The notes beneath the pieces are model-generated. The model made no database searches and had not been told where the DNA came from. It saw only the letters and a program-made list of their open reading frames with translations. Both the position numbers and the translations under genes were made by a program. From the NCBI GenBank assembly GCA_036558885.1, contig DATBET010000059.1, forward strand, positions 782 to 64,781: a DNA stretch of 64,000 bases, in the 5' to 3' direction. The DNA is from Gaiella sp. Lineage in GTDB: Bacteria; Actinomycetota; Thermoleophilia; Gaiellales; Gaiellaceae. Of this stretch, positions 17,160 through 26,312 are shown in pieces (within the stretch, counting starts at the first letter, position 1; the number at the start of each line of letters is the position of its first letter).

Positions 17160-19381
17160 GGGCCGAAGACGATGTCGTCCGGCCGCACCGGCACCCGCGT
17201 GAGCGGGCGCCCGGTCGCGTCGCGCAGCGCCGAGAGGATCGCGGCGGTGGAGACGACGGTGGGCGGCTCGCCGACGCCCTTCGCGCCGTAGGGCGCGTCG
17301 GGCTCGGGCTCCTCGATCAGCTCGATGTCGACGGGGGGCATGTCCAGCGCGGTCGGGATCAGGTAGTCGGTGAAGCTCGCGTTGAGGATCGCGCCGTCGC
17401 GCGTGACGAGCTCCTCCATCAGGGCGAGCCCGAGCCCCTGCGCGGTGCCCCCCTCGATCTGACCCTCGACGGCGAGCGGGTTGACCGCGCGTCCGACGTC
17501 CTGCGCGGTGCCGACCCAGACGACCCTCGTCAGGCCGAGCTCCACGTCGACCTCCACGACGACGCGCATCGCCGCGACCGCGAGCGCGACGTGGGCGCGC
17601 TCGCCCGTGATCTGGCCGGTCTCCGGGTCGAGCGGCGTCGTGCGCGGGTGGCGGTAGACCCGCTCGACGTCGACCTCGCCGCCTCCCTGCTTGGCGCGCT
17701 CCTCGAGCGCGGCGCGGCACGCGTCGCGTACTGCGCCGGCAGCCATCCACGTCATGCGTGACGCCGAGGCCGAGCCCGCTGAGCCGACGGAGGACGTTGC
17801 CGAAGCCGCGAGCGTGACGTCTTCGGTGCCGAGCTCCGTCCGTGCGACCTGGAGCATGACGCCGACGACGCCCTGACCCACCTCTGCCGCTGCCGAGTGG
17901 ACGACGGCGCTGCCGTCCTCGCGTAGGACGACCCGCGCCGTGCAGAGGTCGTCGAAGCCCTCCGAGTAGCAGATGTTCTTGAAACCGAGCGCGAATCCGA
18001 CACCGCGGCGGACGCCCTCGCCGTGCGTCGTGTTGCCCGCGCCGCCCGGGAGCCGCAAGGGGTCGCGCGGCAGTGCCTCCTCGGCCGGGATCGGGAGCGC
18101 GGAGGCACGGCGGATCACCTCGCGCGTGGGCAGGGCGCCCGTGAGCACCTGACCGGTGGGGAGCGAGTCGCCCGGCTCGAGCGCGTTGAGCAGGCGCAGC
18201 TCGACGGGGTCGATCCGGAGCTCGGCCGCGAGCCGGTCGATCTGCGCTTCGCCCGCGAAGCACGTCTGCACGGCGCCGAAGCCGCGCATGGCCCCACACG
18301 GAGGGTTGTTCGTGTAGACCGCCGTCGCCTCGAGCAGGGCGTTGTCGACCCGGTACGGGCCGATCGCGAACGACGCGGCGTTCGATGCGACGGCGGTCGA
18401 GCTCGAGGCGTACGCGCCGCCGTCGAGGAGGATCCGCATGCGCACGCAGGTGATTCGGCCCTCGCGCGTCGCGCGATGCTCGCACCACATGCGCGCCGGG
18501 TGGCGATGGACGTGGCCGGTGAACGACTCCTCGCGGTCGTAGACCATCTTCACCGGGCGGCTCGTGTGGAGCGCGAGGAGCGCGCCGTGGATCTGCATCG
18601 AGAGGTCCTCGCGGCCGCCGAACGCCCCGCCGACGCCTGCGAGGTGGATGCGCACCTGCTCGGGGCGCAGCGCGAGACAGGGCGCGACCTGGTCGCGGTC
18701 GACGTGGAGCCACTGGGTCGCGACGTGGATGTCGACACCGCCCTCCCCGTCGGGCACCGCGAGGCCGGACTCGGGCCCGAGGAAGGCCTGGTCCTGGATC
18801 CCCACCTCGTACTCACCCGTGACGACCACGTCGCCCGGGGACTCCGGGTCGCCGTGCCGGATCACGAGATGCCGCACGACGTTCGGGCGCGGATCGTCGA
18901 GGTAGCCGTGGCCCATCGTCGGACGGTCGGGGTGGAGCGGTTCTTGCTCGAGAGCCCGCTCCATGTCGACGACCGGGTCGAGCGGCTCGTACTCGACCTC
19001 GATCGCGGCGAGCGCCAGGCGGGCCCGCTCGGGATGGTCGGCCGCAACCACGGCGACGGGCTCGCCCACGTAACGAACGCGGTCGACCGCGAGCACGGGC
19101 TGGTCGGAGAACTCGAGCCCGTACGTCTTCCGGCCGGGGACGTCCGCATGGGTGAGCACGGCGTGCACGCCGGGTCGCGCGAGCGCCCGCGACAGGTCGA
19201 TGGAGAGAATCCGCGCGTGGGCGTGAGGGCTGCGTAGCGTGGCGCCCCAGAGCATCCCCGGTGCGGAGAGGTCGCTCGAGTAGTCGAAGGCGCCCTTCAC
19301 CTTCGGGATCGCGTCGTCCCGCAGCAGCCGCTCGCCGACCTTCCCGAGGCGCGGCGTGGCGCGTGGCGCGGTGACGCTCAT
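17150..19381 (-). CDS. pucD: Xanthine dehydrogenase family molybdopterin-binding subunit (PucD-like)
   Basis: LRSPHAHARI, VGGAFGGRED, CGAMRGFG, AAEVGQG, GQIEGGTAQGLG, GAKGVGE. Confidence 0.88.
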   Translation of the reverse strand: MSVTAPRATPRLGKVGERLLRDDAIPKVKGAFDYSSDLSAPGMLWGATLRSPHAHARILSIDLSRALARPGVHAVLTHADVPGRKTYGLEFSDQPVLAVDRVRYVGEPVAVVAADHPERARLALAAIEVEYEPLDPVVDMERALEQEPLHPDRPTMGHGYLDDPRPNVVRHLVIRHGDPESPGDVVVTGEYEVGIQDQAFLGPESGLAVPDGEGGVDIHVATQWLHVDRDQVAPCLALRPEQVRIHLAGVGGAFGGREDLSMQIHGALLALHTSRPVKMVYDREESFTGHVHRHPARMWCEHRATREGRITCVRMRILLDGGAYASSSTAVASNAASFAIGPYRVDNALLEATAVYTNNPPCGAMRGFGAVQTCFAGEAQIDRLAAELRIDPVELRLLNALEPGDSLPTGQVLTGALPTREVIRRASALPIPAEEALPRDPLRLPGGAGNTTHGEGVRRGVGFALGFKNICYSEGFDDLCTARVVLREDGSAVVHSAAAEVGQGVVGVMLQVARTELGTEDVTLAASATSSVGSAGSASASRMTWMAAGAVRDACRAALEERAKQGGGEVDVERVYRHPRTTPLDPETGQITGERAHVALAVAAMRVVVEVDVELGLTRVVWVGTAQDVGRAVNPLAVEGQIEGGTAQGLGLALMEELVTRDGAILNASFTDYLIPTALDMPPVDIELIEEPEPDAPYGAKGVGEPPTVVSTAAILSALRDATGRPLTRVPVRPDDIVFGPQA

Positions 19382-19836
19382 CGCCGCTCCGCCGCGAGAT
19401 GCACCGCGTCGAAGATCTTTACGTAGCCGGTGCAGCGACAGAGGTTGCCCGAGAGCGCCTCGCGGATCTCGTCGTCGCTCGGGTGTGGCGTGCGGGCGAG
19501 GAGATCGGTCACCGCGACGACGAGACCGGGGGTACAGAAGCCGCACTGCACGGCGCCCGCCTCGACGAATGCCCGCTGGACGGGGTGGAGCTCGTCGCCG
19601 TCGGCGAGGCCCTCGACGGTGACGACGTCGTGGCCCTCGGCCTGGGCCGCGAGCACGAGGCACGAGCAGACGAGCTCGCCGTCGAGCAGCACCGAGCACG
19701 AGCCGCACTCCCCTTGCTCGCAGGCGTTCTTCGAGCCTGGCAGCTCGAGCGTGTCGCGAAGCATCGTGAGCAGGCTCTCGCCGCCCCAGAGGTCGGCCTC
19801 GCGCCGCTCGCCGTTGACGCTCAGCGAGATCCTCAC
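19378..19836 (-). CDS. Xanthine dehydrogenase family (2Fe-2S) subunit
   Basis: CEQGECGSC..C, QCGFCTPG, GNLCRCTGY. Confidence 0.92.
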   Translation of the reverse strand: MRISLSVNGERREADLWGGESLLTMLRDTLELPGSKNACEQGECGSCSVLLDGELVCSCLVLAAQAEGHDVVTVEGLADGDELHPVQRAFVEAGAVQCGFCTPGLVVAVTDLLARTPHPSDDEIREALSGNLCRCTGYVKIFDAVHLAAERR

Positions 19837-20627
19837 GAGCGCAGGCACCTCTCGACCGCGCGGCCGGTGAGGACCCGGAGGGCGTGTCGTCGATACACGG
19901 CCGTCGCGCGTACGTCGTCGATCGGGCTCGCCGCGTCGGCGACGCGCTCGGGAAGCGACCCCGCTTCGGCGAGCGGGACGGTGATGCGTTGCGCAGTGGT
20001 AGCAGCGGAGCCGAACGACGCCCGCACCTCGCCTGCCTCCGGGTCGACGACGACCGCGAGCGAGCAGATCGCGATCACCATCGCGTTCCGGGGGCCGACC
20101 TTCATGAACGTCTGCGCGCCGCCGCTCGGGGCCAGACGCACGGACGTCACGAGCTCGTCGGGCTCGAGCGCGTTCCGCTTGACGCCGAGCAGGAACTCGT
20201 CGAGCGGCAGCGTCCGCACACCCCGGACGCTGGCGAGCTCGACGCGTGCCCGCTCGACGAGAAGCGGCGGCAGCGCGTCGCCCGCCGGCGATGCGGTGCC
20301 GAGGTTCCCGCCGATCGTGCCGCGGTTGCGGATCTGCGGCGAGCCGACCGTGCGGGAGGCCTCGGCGAGGGCCGGAAAGAGCTCCGCGAGCTCGGGGCGC
20401 ATCGCCTCGGTGTACGTGAGGCCGGCTCCTAGACGGAGCTCGCCGTCCTCGCGCGACCAGCCGCGCAGCTCGTCGAGCTCGGCCAGGTTGACGAGCGCCT
20501 CGGGCCGTGACCGGCCGAAGTTGAGCTCGACGAGGAGGTCCGTTCCGCCCTGGACGAAGCGCGCCTCGGGCAGCTCCGCCTTGAGCCTGAGCGCCTCTTC
20601 CAGGGTGCGCGGCGTGTGCACGTCCAT
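19833..20627 (-). CDS. Xanthine dehydrogenase family FAD-binding subunit
   Basis: GGTDL, GSPQIRNRGTIGGNL..ASPAGD, PIDDVRATAVYRR. Confidence 0.92.
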   Translation of the reverse strand: MDVHTPRTLEEALRLKAELPEARFVQGGTDLLVELNFGRSRPEALVNLAELDELRGWSREDGELRLGAGLTYTEAMRPELAELFPALAEASRTVGSPQIRNRGTIGGNLGTASPAGDALPPLLVERARVELASVRGVRTLPLDEFLLGVKRNALEPDELVTSVRLAPSGGAQTFMKVGPRNAMVIAICSLAVVVDPEAGEVRASFGSAATTAQRITVPLAEAGSLPERVADAASPIDDVRATAVYRRHALRVLTGRAVERCLRS

Positions 20628-20750
20628 CGCCGGAAATCAAGCACACGGCGGGCTCGGTACCCGTCGTGTGCCCCGCGTCGGACTTCAGTTCGACACCTGC
20701 TCTGCGCCCGGTCGAGCTCGTGCAGACCTCGCTGCGCCACATGCACGCAC

Positions 20751-20787
20751 TTGACAAGCACCAGTCTTGTGAGTTATCAATCACTTA
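20751..20787 (+). promoter_or_regulatory. TetR promoter (-35 TTGACA) with putative TetR operator
   Basis: TTGACA at 20751-20756; GTTATCAATCACTTA at 20773-20787, whose reverse complement TAAGTGATTGATAAC matches 21387-21401 at 13/15. Confidence 0.6.
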
Positions 20788-21362
20788 TGACGATGCGCCA
20801 GACAGCCGAAGAGCGTCGCGAGGCGGTTCTCGCCGCTGCGCTCGGGGCCTTCGCGCACGGCGGCCTCCACGGCACCTCGACGGAGGACATCGCGCGGTCC
20901 GCAGGCATCTCGCAGCCGTACCTCTTCCGGCTCTTCGGCACGAAGAAGAAGCTCTTCGTCGCGACGGTGGAGCGCTGCATGGCCGACACGCTGGAGGTGT
21001 TCCGCGCGGCAGCAGGCGATCGGCGCGGCGAGGAGGCGCTCGAGGCGATGGGCCGGGCCTACGGCGAGATGGTGATGGGCGATCGCACGCGTCTCCTTGC
21101 GCAGCTCCAGGCGTATGCCGCCTGCGACGACCCGGAGGTGCGCGAGGCCATCCGCTCGGGCTTCGGCTCGCTCCACCTGTTCGTCGAGACCGTCTCGGGG
21201 CTCGACGCCGAACGCGTCGCGCAGTGGTTCGCGAAGGGGATGCTGTTGAACGTCGTCGCGGCGATGGACCTCTGGGGATCGCGTGACCCGTGGGCGAGGC
21301 GCTTGCTGGAGGGCTCCATGGACCCGGACCACTTGCCCGCCGTCGTCACGAAGCTGCGCTGA
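20787..21362 (+). CDS. TetR/AcrR family transcriptional regulator
   Basis: RREAVLAAALGAFAHGGLHGTSTEDIARSAGISQPYLFRLFGTKKKLF helix-turn-helix. Confidence 0.92.
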   Translation: MTMRQTAEERREAVLAAALGAFAHGGLHGTSTEDIARSAGISQPYLFRLFGTKKKLFVATVERCMADTLEVFRAAAGDRRGEEALEAMGRAYGEMVMGDRTRLLAQLQAYAACDDPEVREAIRSGFGSLHLFVETVSGLDAERVAQWFAKGMLLNVVAAMDLWGSRDPWARRLLEGSMDPDHLPAVVTKLR

Positions 21363-21386
21363 GGGCTTTCATTTTCGGCCTAGATG

Positions 21387-21401
21387 TAAGTGACTGATCA
21401 C
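21387..21401. promoter_or_regulatory. Second putative TetR operator, upstream of the MFS gene
   Basis: TAAGTGACTGATCAC, similar to the site at the tetR start; SD AAGGAG follows. Confidence 0.55.
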
Positions 21402-21420
21402 GAAATCAAGGAGACTTCCG

Positions 21421-22836
21421 ATGACACCTCGCACCTCGACCCTTTGGACGTTCGCGATCACCTCGCTCGCGCTGTTCATGGTCTCCCTCGACAACCTCGT
21501 CGTGACCACCGCGATCCCCGTGATCCGCACCGACCTCGGCGCCTCGCTCGAGCAGCTCGAGTGGACGGTCAACGCGTACACCCTGACGTTCGCCGTCCTG
21601 CTCCTCACGGGCGCCGCCCTCGGAGACCGCTTCGGTCGGCGGCGGATGTTCGCCGTCGGCCTCGCGATCTTCACGCTCGGCTCGGTCGCGGCGGCCCTCG
21701 CGCCGAGCGTCGACGCGCTCAACCTCGCGCGCGCGGTGCAGGGCGTCGGCGGCGCGATAGTGATGCCGCTCACGCTGACGCTGCTGAGCGCCGCCGTCCC
21801 GCCCGAGAAGCGCGGCCTCGCGCTCGGCGCGTGGGGCGGCGTCGGCGGGCTCGCGATCGCGTTCGGGCCGCTCGTCGGCGGCGCTGTCGTCGAGGGGATC
21901 GCGTGGCAGTGGATCTTCTGGCTCAACGTCCCGATCGGGCTCGTGCTCGTCCCGCTTGCGCTCCTGCGGCTCGAGGAAAGCCACGGCCCGGGCGGCAGGT
22001 TCGATCTGCCCGGCCTCGGCCTCGTGAGCGCAGGCCTGCTCGGAATCGTCTGGGGGCTCGTGCGAGGCAACGGCCAGGGCTGGGCGAGCCCGGAGATCGT
22101 CGGCTCGCTCGCCGTCGGCGCGATCCTCGTCGCCGCGTTCGTCGTCTGGGAGCTCCGCGCGGAGTCCCCGATGCTGCCGATTCGCTTCTTCCGGGGCCGT
22201 GCGTTCGCGCTCGCGAACGCCTCGTCGTTCCTGATGTTCTTCGGGATGTTCGGCTCGATCTTCCTGCTCGCGCAGTTCTTCCAGACCGTGCAGGGCTACT
22301 CGCCGTTTGCCGCCGGCCTGCGGATCCTCCCGTGGACGCTCGCGCCCATGCTCATCGCGCCGGTTGCCGGGGCCCTCTCCGACCGGATCAGCCCGCGGCT
22401 GATCATCGGGACGGGCCTCGCCCTGCAGGCCGTCGCGCTCGCCTGGATCGGGCTCGTCACGTCGCCGACCGTGCCGTATTCGGAGCTCGTGGCGCCGTTC
22501 GTCGTCGCGGGCGTCGGCATGGCGCTGTTCTACGCACCCGTCGCGAACGTCGTCCTCTCCGCGGTGCGCCCGTCCGAGGAGGGCCAGGCGTCGGGCGCGA
22601 ACAACACGATCCGCGAGCTGGGCGGCGTGTTCGGCGTCGCCGTGCTCGCCGCAGTGTTCTCGCACGTCGGCGGCTACCGGACGGGCGAGGCGTTCACGGA
22701 CGGAACCTCCATTGCGGTGCTCGTCGGTGCTGGGGTCGTCGCGCTCGGCGCGATCGCGGCGTTCGCGATGCCGCGCGACCGGCGTCGCGCGGAGGCCCTC
22801 GTCGAGACCCTTGGCGAGCTCCCGGAGGCAGCGTGA
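21421..22836 (+). CDS. DHA2 (EmrB/QacA) family MFS efflux transporter
   Basis: LDNLVVTTAIP, WTVNAYTL, LGDRFGRRR, WQWIFWLNVPIG; about 14 TM. Confidence 0.93.
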   Translation: MTPRTSTLWTFAITSLALFMVSLDNLVVTTAIPVIRTDLGASLEQLEWTVNAYTLTFAVLLLTGAALGDRFGRRRMFAVGLAIFTLGSVAAALAPSVDALNLARAVQGVGGAIVMPLTLTLLSAAVPPEKRGLALGAWGGVGGLAIAFGPLVGGAVVEGIAWQWIFWLNVPIGLVLVPLALLRLEESHGPGGRFDLPGLGLVSAGLLGIVWGLVRGNGQGWASPEIVGSLAVGAILVAAFVVWELRAESPMLPIRFFRGRAFALANASSFLMFFGMFGSIFLLAQFFQTVQGYSPFAAGLRILPWTLAPMLIAPVAGALSDRISPRLIIGTGLALQAVALAWIGLVTSPTVPYSELVAPFVVAGVGMALFYAPVANVVLSAVRPSEEGQASGANNTIRELGGVFGVAVLAAVFSHVGGYRTGEAFTDGTSIAVLVGAGVVALGAIAAFAMPRDRRRAEALVETLGELPEAA

Positions 22837-22853
22837 CGTGGAGGATCGGCGGT

Positions 22854-24044
22854 CTACGGGCGAGGGGCCGAGTACGCAACCACAACCGCGGTTCCCGGCG
22901 GCACTCGAGCGCCCGGCGCGGGGGACTGCGCGAGAACGCCGCCGCGAGGCCGGGTGCCGCCGACCGCCCTCACGACCGCCGTGAGGCCGGCCTCCTCGAG
23001 CGCGCGTGTCGCCTCCCACGGCCCGAGATCTTCGAGGTCGGGTACCTCGACGGACGGCTCGGGAAGCGGCGCGCGGGCGATGCGGACGGCCGGCTCGGGG
23101 CGTCCTGCGGGCCGCCAGTCGGGTGCGCCGTCGTCCGTTCCCCTCGTGACCCGCGAAGGCTCCGCATCGCCTGGCCTGACGACATGGAGCGTGGAATCGA
23201 CCTCGACCGGATCGGACGAGAACGTCGTTCGCGCGAACACGATTGCGTCGCCCGCCGGGGCCCAGCTCGGCGACGAGTCGAGCGCGCCGCGCGTCAGTCG
23301 CCGAACGTTGCTTCCGTCGGCGTCCATCACGAAGATCGAGCGCTCGAGGCGCATCTGTATCCCACCGGCCCGTGCGAGTGCTCGTCGCTCCGGCTCGGCC
23401 ACGAATGCGATGCGAGCGGCGTCGGGTGACCAGAAGGCCTCGAACGCAGCGGCCCCGGCTCGCAGGGTGTGTTTTCGGCCGCTCGCGAGGTTCACCGTGA
23501 CGATGTTGCCGCCGTCGACCGTCAGGAGCTCACGCCCGTCGGGCGACCAGTCGAGCGACGTCGGTCCGAACAGCTGCGTGGGGATCGTCAGCCGTGCGCC
23601 GGTGCCGAGATCGACGGCCGAGAGGCGGAAGGCGCCGGCTCGAGACGCGCCGATCCAGGCGATCCTGGCGCCGTCGGGCGACCAGGCGATCGTCCTGATC
23701 GAGGCGTCCCGGGCGGCTCGTCGTGCGTCGCTGCCGTCGGCAGCCACGACCCACAGCTCGTCGAGGGGAGCCACGTCTTCGGGAGGGGAGTGGACGACGA
23801 ACGCGACGCGGTGCCCGCCCGGAGACCACCTCGGCCCGCTTCCGTACGGGACGAGCTCCCGCTCTGCAGTTCCGTCCTCGGCAATCAGGTGGATCGCAGG
23901 GTTGAGGCCCTCGCCGCGTTCGAAGGCGATCTGCGCCGGCCCCGCCGTGGCGTCGCCGAACGCGAAGAAGAGGGCGGCCGCCGCCACGCCGCCCGCGACG
24001 AGGACCGCGCCGATCGACGCCAGCCAGCGACCCCGTCGGGACAT
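22854..24044 (-). CDS. Membrane-anchored TolB-like (PD40) beta-propeller protein with C-terminal PASTA domain
   Basis: N-terminal TM; repeated WSPGG/WSPDG/WSPDA/WAPAG; C-terminal VEVPDL..EATRALEEAGL..VLAQSPAPGARV..GTAV. Confidence 0.8.
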   Translation of the reverse strand: MSRRGRWLASIGAVLVAGGVAAAALFFAFGDATAGPAQIAFERGEGLNPAIHLIAEDGTAERELVPYGSGPRWSPGGHRVAFVVHSPPEDVAPLDELWVVAADGSDARRAARDASIRTIAWSPDGARIAWIGASRAGAFRLSAVDLGTGARLTIPTQLFGPTSLDWSPDGRELLTVDGGNIVTVNLASGRKHTLRAGAAAFEAFWSPDAARIAFVAEPERRALARAGGIQMRLERSIFVMDADGSNVRRLTRGALDSSPSWAPAGDAIVFARTTFSSDPVEVDSTLHVVRPGDAEPSRVTRGTDDGAPDWRPAGRPEPAVRIARAPLPEPSVEVPDLEDLGPWEATRALEEAGLTAVVRAVGGTRPRGGVLAQSPAPGARVPPGTAVVVAYSAPRP

Positions 24045-24119
24045 CGACTCAGCATAGAAAGCTCCACGCCGGTCAGCCCGAAATCGTGCCGCCGACGCCG
24101 ATGTACGCTCAGGCGGACC

Positions 24120-25088
24120 ATGAGTGAGACGCAGGTGCGCGCCCGCGCGACAGCGGAGGCCGAGCGGAACGGCGCTCCCGCGCTCTCCGTGGTCGTGACG
24201 CTCTTCCAGGAGCGCGCCACGCTCGAGGAGTTGCATCGGCGCCTGACCGACGCGCTGGAGGCGTTCGGCCGCCCGTACGAGGTGCTCTACGTCGACGACG
24301 GCTCGACGGACGGAACGTTCGCGACGCTCGAGCGCCTCCATGCGGCCGACCCGCACGTCCGTGCAGTCCGCCTCAAGCGGAACGCGGGCCAGCATCCCGC
24401 GATGCACGCGGGCCTCTCGCGGGCCCGCGGCGAGATCGTCGTGACGATGGACGGCGACCTGCAGAACCTCCCCGAGGACGTGCCCCGGCTCGTCGAGGCC
24501 GTCGAGGCCGGGTACGACGTCGCCAGCGGCCGACGCGCCGCGCGCCACGACTCCTGGGGCAGGACGCTTCCCTCGCGCCTGATCAACGGGATGCTGCGGC
24601 GGTTCACGGGCGTCGCGATCTCGGACTTCGGCTGCGCGTTCAACGCCTACCGGCGAGAGGTCGTCGTGCCGATGCTCGGCGCGATCGGCAGGCAGAAGTT
24701 CACGAAGGCCCTCGTCCTCTCGGGCGGCGCCTCGGTGGTCGAGGTGGACGTGGGCCACGCGCGGCGCGAGGGGGCGTCCCGGTATTCGCCGCTCCGGCTG
24801 ACCCGGCTCGCGCTGCACGTCCTCGCGGGCTTCTGGCCGCAGCCGATCCAGACCGTCGGCATCGTGCTCGGGCTGCTCTGCACGCTCGCCTCGGCAGCGC
24901 TCGGCGTCTACGGAGTCGTGTACTGGATCGCGAACGGCGACTTCCCCGGGCCGCTGCTGCTCGGCGCGCTCGTCGTCGCGGTGCTCGGCGTGCAGGGCTT
25001 CATCCTCGCGCTCGTCGGCGAGTATCTGGGCAGAATCCAGCGCGTCGTGGAGCACAGGCCCCTGTACGTCGTCGATCGCGAGCTCTGA
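24120..25088 (+). CDS. GT2 polyprenyl-phosphate glycosyltransferase (ArnC/GtrB-like)
   Basis: VDDGSTDGT, RNAGQHPA, MDGDLQNLP, DFGCAF; two C-terminal TMs and GEYLGRI..RPLYVV. Confidence 0.9.
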   Translation: MSETQVRARATAEAERNGAPALSVVVTLFQERATLEELHRRLTDALEAFGRPYEVLYVDDGSTDGTFATLERLHAADPHVRAVRLKRNAGQHPAMHAGLSRARGEIVVTMDGDLQNLPEDVPRLVEAVEAGYDVASGRRAARHDSWGRTLPSRLINGMLRRFTGVAISDFGCAFNAYRREVVVPMLGAIGRQKFTKALVLSGGASVVEVDVGHARREGASRYSPLRLTRLALHVLAGFWPQPIQTVGIVLGLLCTLASAALGVYGVVYWIANGDFPGPLLLGALVVAVLGVQGFILALVGEYLGRIQRVVEHRPLYVVDREL

Positions 25089-25092
25089 GAGA

Positions 25093-25193
25093 CGTGGAGG
25101 AACCCATGGTTCCCCCACGAGCCCCCTCCTTCCGGCTCGCGCACGCATCGACCGCGGTTGGCCTCCCGGCCGGCAAAGCCGGCCTCCGGTCGC
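25093..25193 (+). repeat. Bipartite intergenic hairpin repeat, copy 2
   Basis: CGTGGAGGAACCCATGGTTCCCCCACGAGCCCCCTCCTTC, 25 nt spacer, TTGGCCTCCCGGCCGGCAAAGCCGGCCTCCGGTCGC. Confidence 0.85.
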
Positions 25194-25319
25194 GCTGCTC
25201 ACTTTCCGGCCCGACCGTCGCCGCCGGGCACGCGGCGCTTCCGGCGAAACGGCGCAGTCTTGATCCGACGCAAGCGTCGACCACTGGCCCAGGTTCGGGG
25301 TCTCGCACGAGGTGAGTCG

Positions 25320-26312
25320 TTGAGTCGGGTCCTCGTCACCGGCGGTGCCGGGTTCATCCCGTCGAACCTGATCCGCCACCTGCTCGAGCACACGGAGCAC
25401 GACGTGATCTCTCTCGACGCGCTGACCTACGCCGCGAGCCTCGAGAACCTCGCCGACGTGATGAGCCATCCGCGCCTCGAGTTCGTCCACGGCGACATCC
25501 GCGATGCGGGGCTCGTGGACGAGATCGTCGCCGGCGTCGACGTGATCGTGAACGCCGCCGCGGAGTCGCACGTGGAGAAGTCGATTCGCGACGGGGCCTC
25601 GGAGTTCGTCACGACCAACGTCGAGGGAACGCAGATCCTGCTCGACGCGATCCGCGAACGTCCCGTGGAGCGGTTCCTGCTCGTCTCGTCGAGCGAGGTG
25701 TACGGGACGGCCGAGTACGCCCCGATGGACGAGCGGCACCCGCTGGAGCCCCGCAGCCCCTATGCCGCCACGAAGGCGGGCGGCGACCGGCTCGCCTACA
25801 GCTACCGGGTCACCTACGGCCTGCCGATCGTGATCGTGCGGCCGTTCAACAACTACGGGCCGAGACAGCACCCGGAGAAGGTCGTGCCGCGCTTCGTCAC
25901 GCAGGCGCTCGGCGGCGAGCCGCTCACGGTCCACGGGGACGGGCATGCGACCCGCGACTGGCTCTACGTCGACGACACCGCGTCCGCGATCGAGGCGCTG
26001 ATCGAGGCGCCGCTCGAGACGGTCGCCGGCGAGGTGCTCAACGTCGCGACCGGTGTCGACCTCTCGGTCGGGGAGATCGCGCGGCTCGTGCTCGAGGCGG
26101 TCGGCGACCCGACCGTGGACGTCGTCCACGTCGAGGAGCGCCCGGGCCAGGTCGACCGGCACGTCGGCTCGACCGAGAAGCTCGCCCGGCTGACAGGCTG
26201 GCGCGCGTCGACCTCGTTCGCCGACGGGCTCGAGCGCACGATCGCCTGGTATCGCGACAACGAGGCCTGGTGGCGGGGAATCCTGGGGCGCGTCCGCGTC
26301 TCCTCGTCCTAG
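25320..26312 (+). CDS. rfbB: dTDP-glucose 4,6-dehydratase-like protein
   Basis: VTGGAGFI, DALTYA, AAESHV..SI, SPYAATK, NNYGPRQHPEK; TTG start with GAGGTGA SD. Confidence 0.8.
   Translation: MSRVLVTGGAGFIPSNLIRHLLEHTEHDVISLDALTYAASLENLADVMSHPRLEFVHGDIRDAGLVDEIVAGVDVIVNAAAESHVEKSIRDGASEFVTTNVEGTQILLDAIRERPVERFLLVSSSEVYGTAEYAPMDERHPLEPRSPYAATKAGGDRLAYSYRVTYGLPIVIVRPFNNYGPRQHPEKVVPRFVTQALGGEPLTVHGDGHATRDWLYVDDTASAIEALIEAPLETVAGEVLNVATGVDLSVGEIARLVLEAVGDPTVDVVHVEERPGQVDRHVGSTEKLARLTGWRASTSFADGLERTIAWYRDNEAWWRGILGRVRVSSS

Noticed and set aside
10610-25193. Repeat-spacer-repeat layout as a mini-CRISPR
   Set aside because: Blocks A and B differ from each other, there is no tandem array, and no cas genes are present
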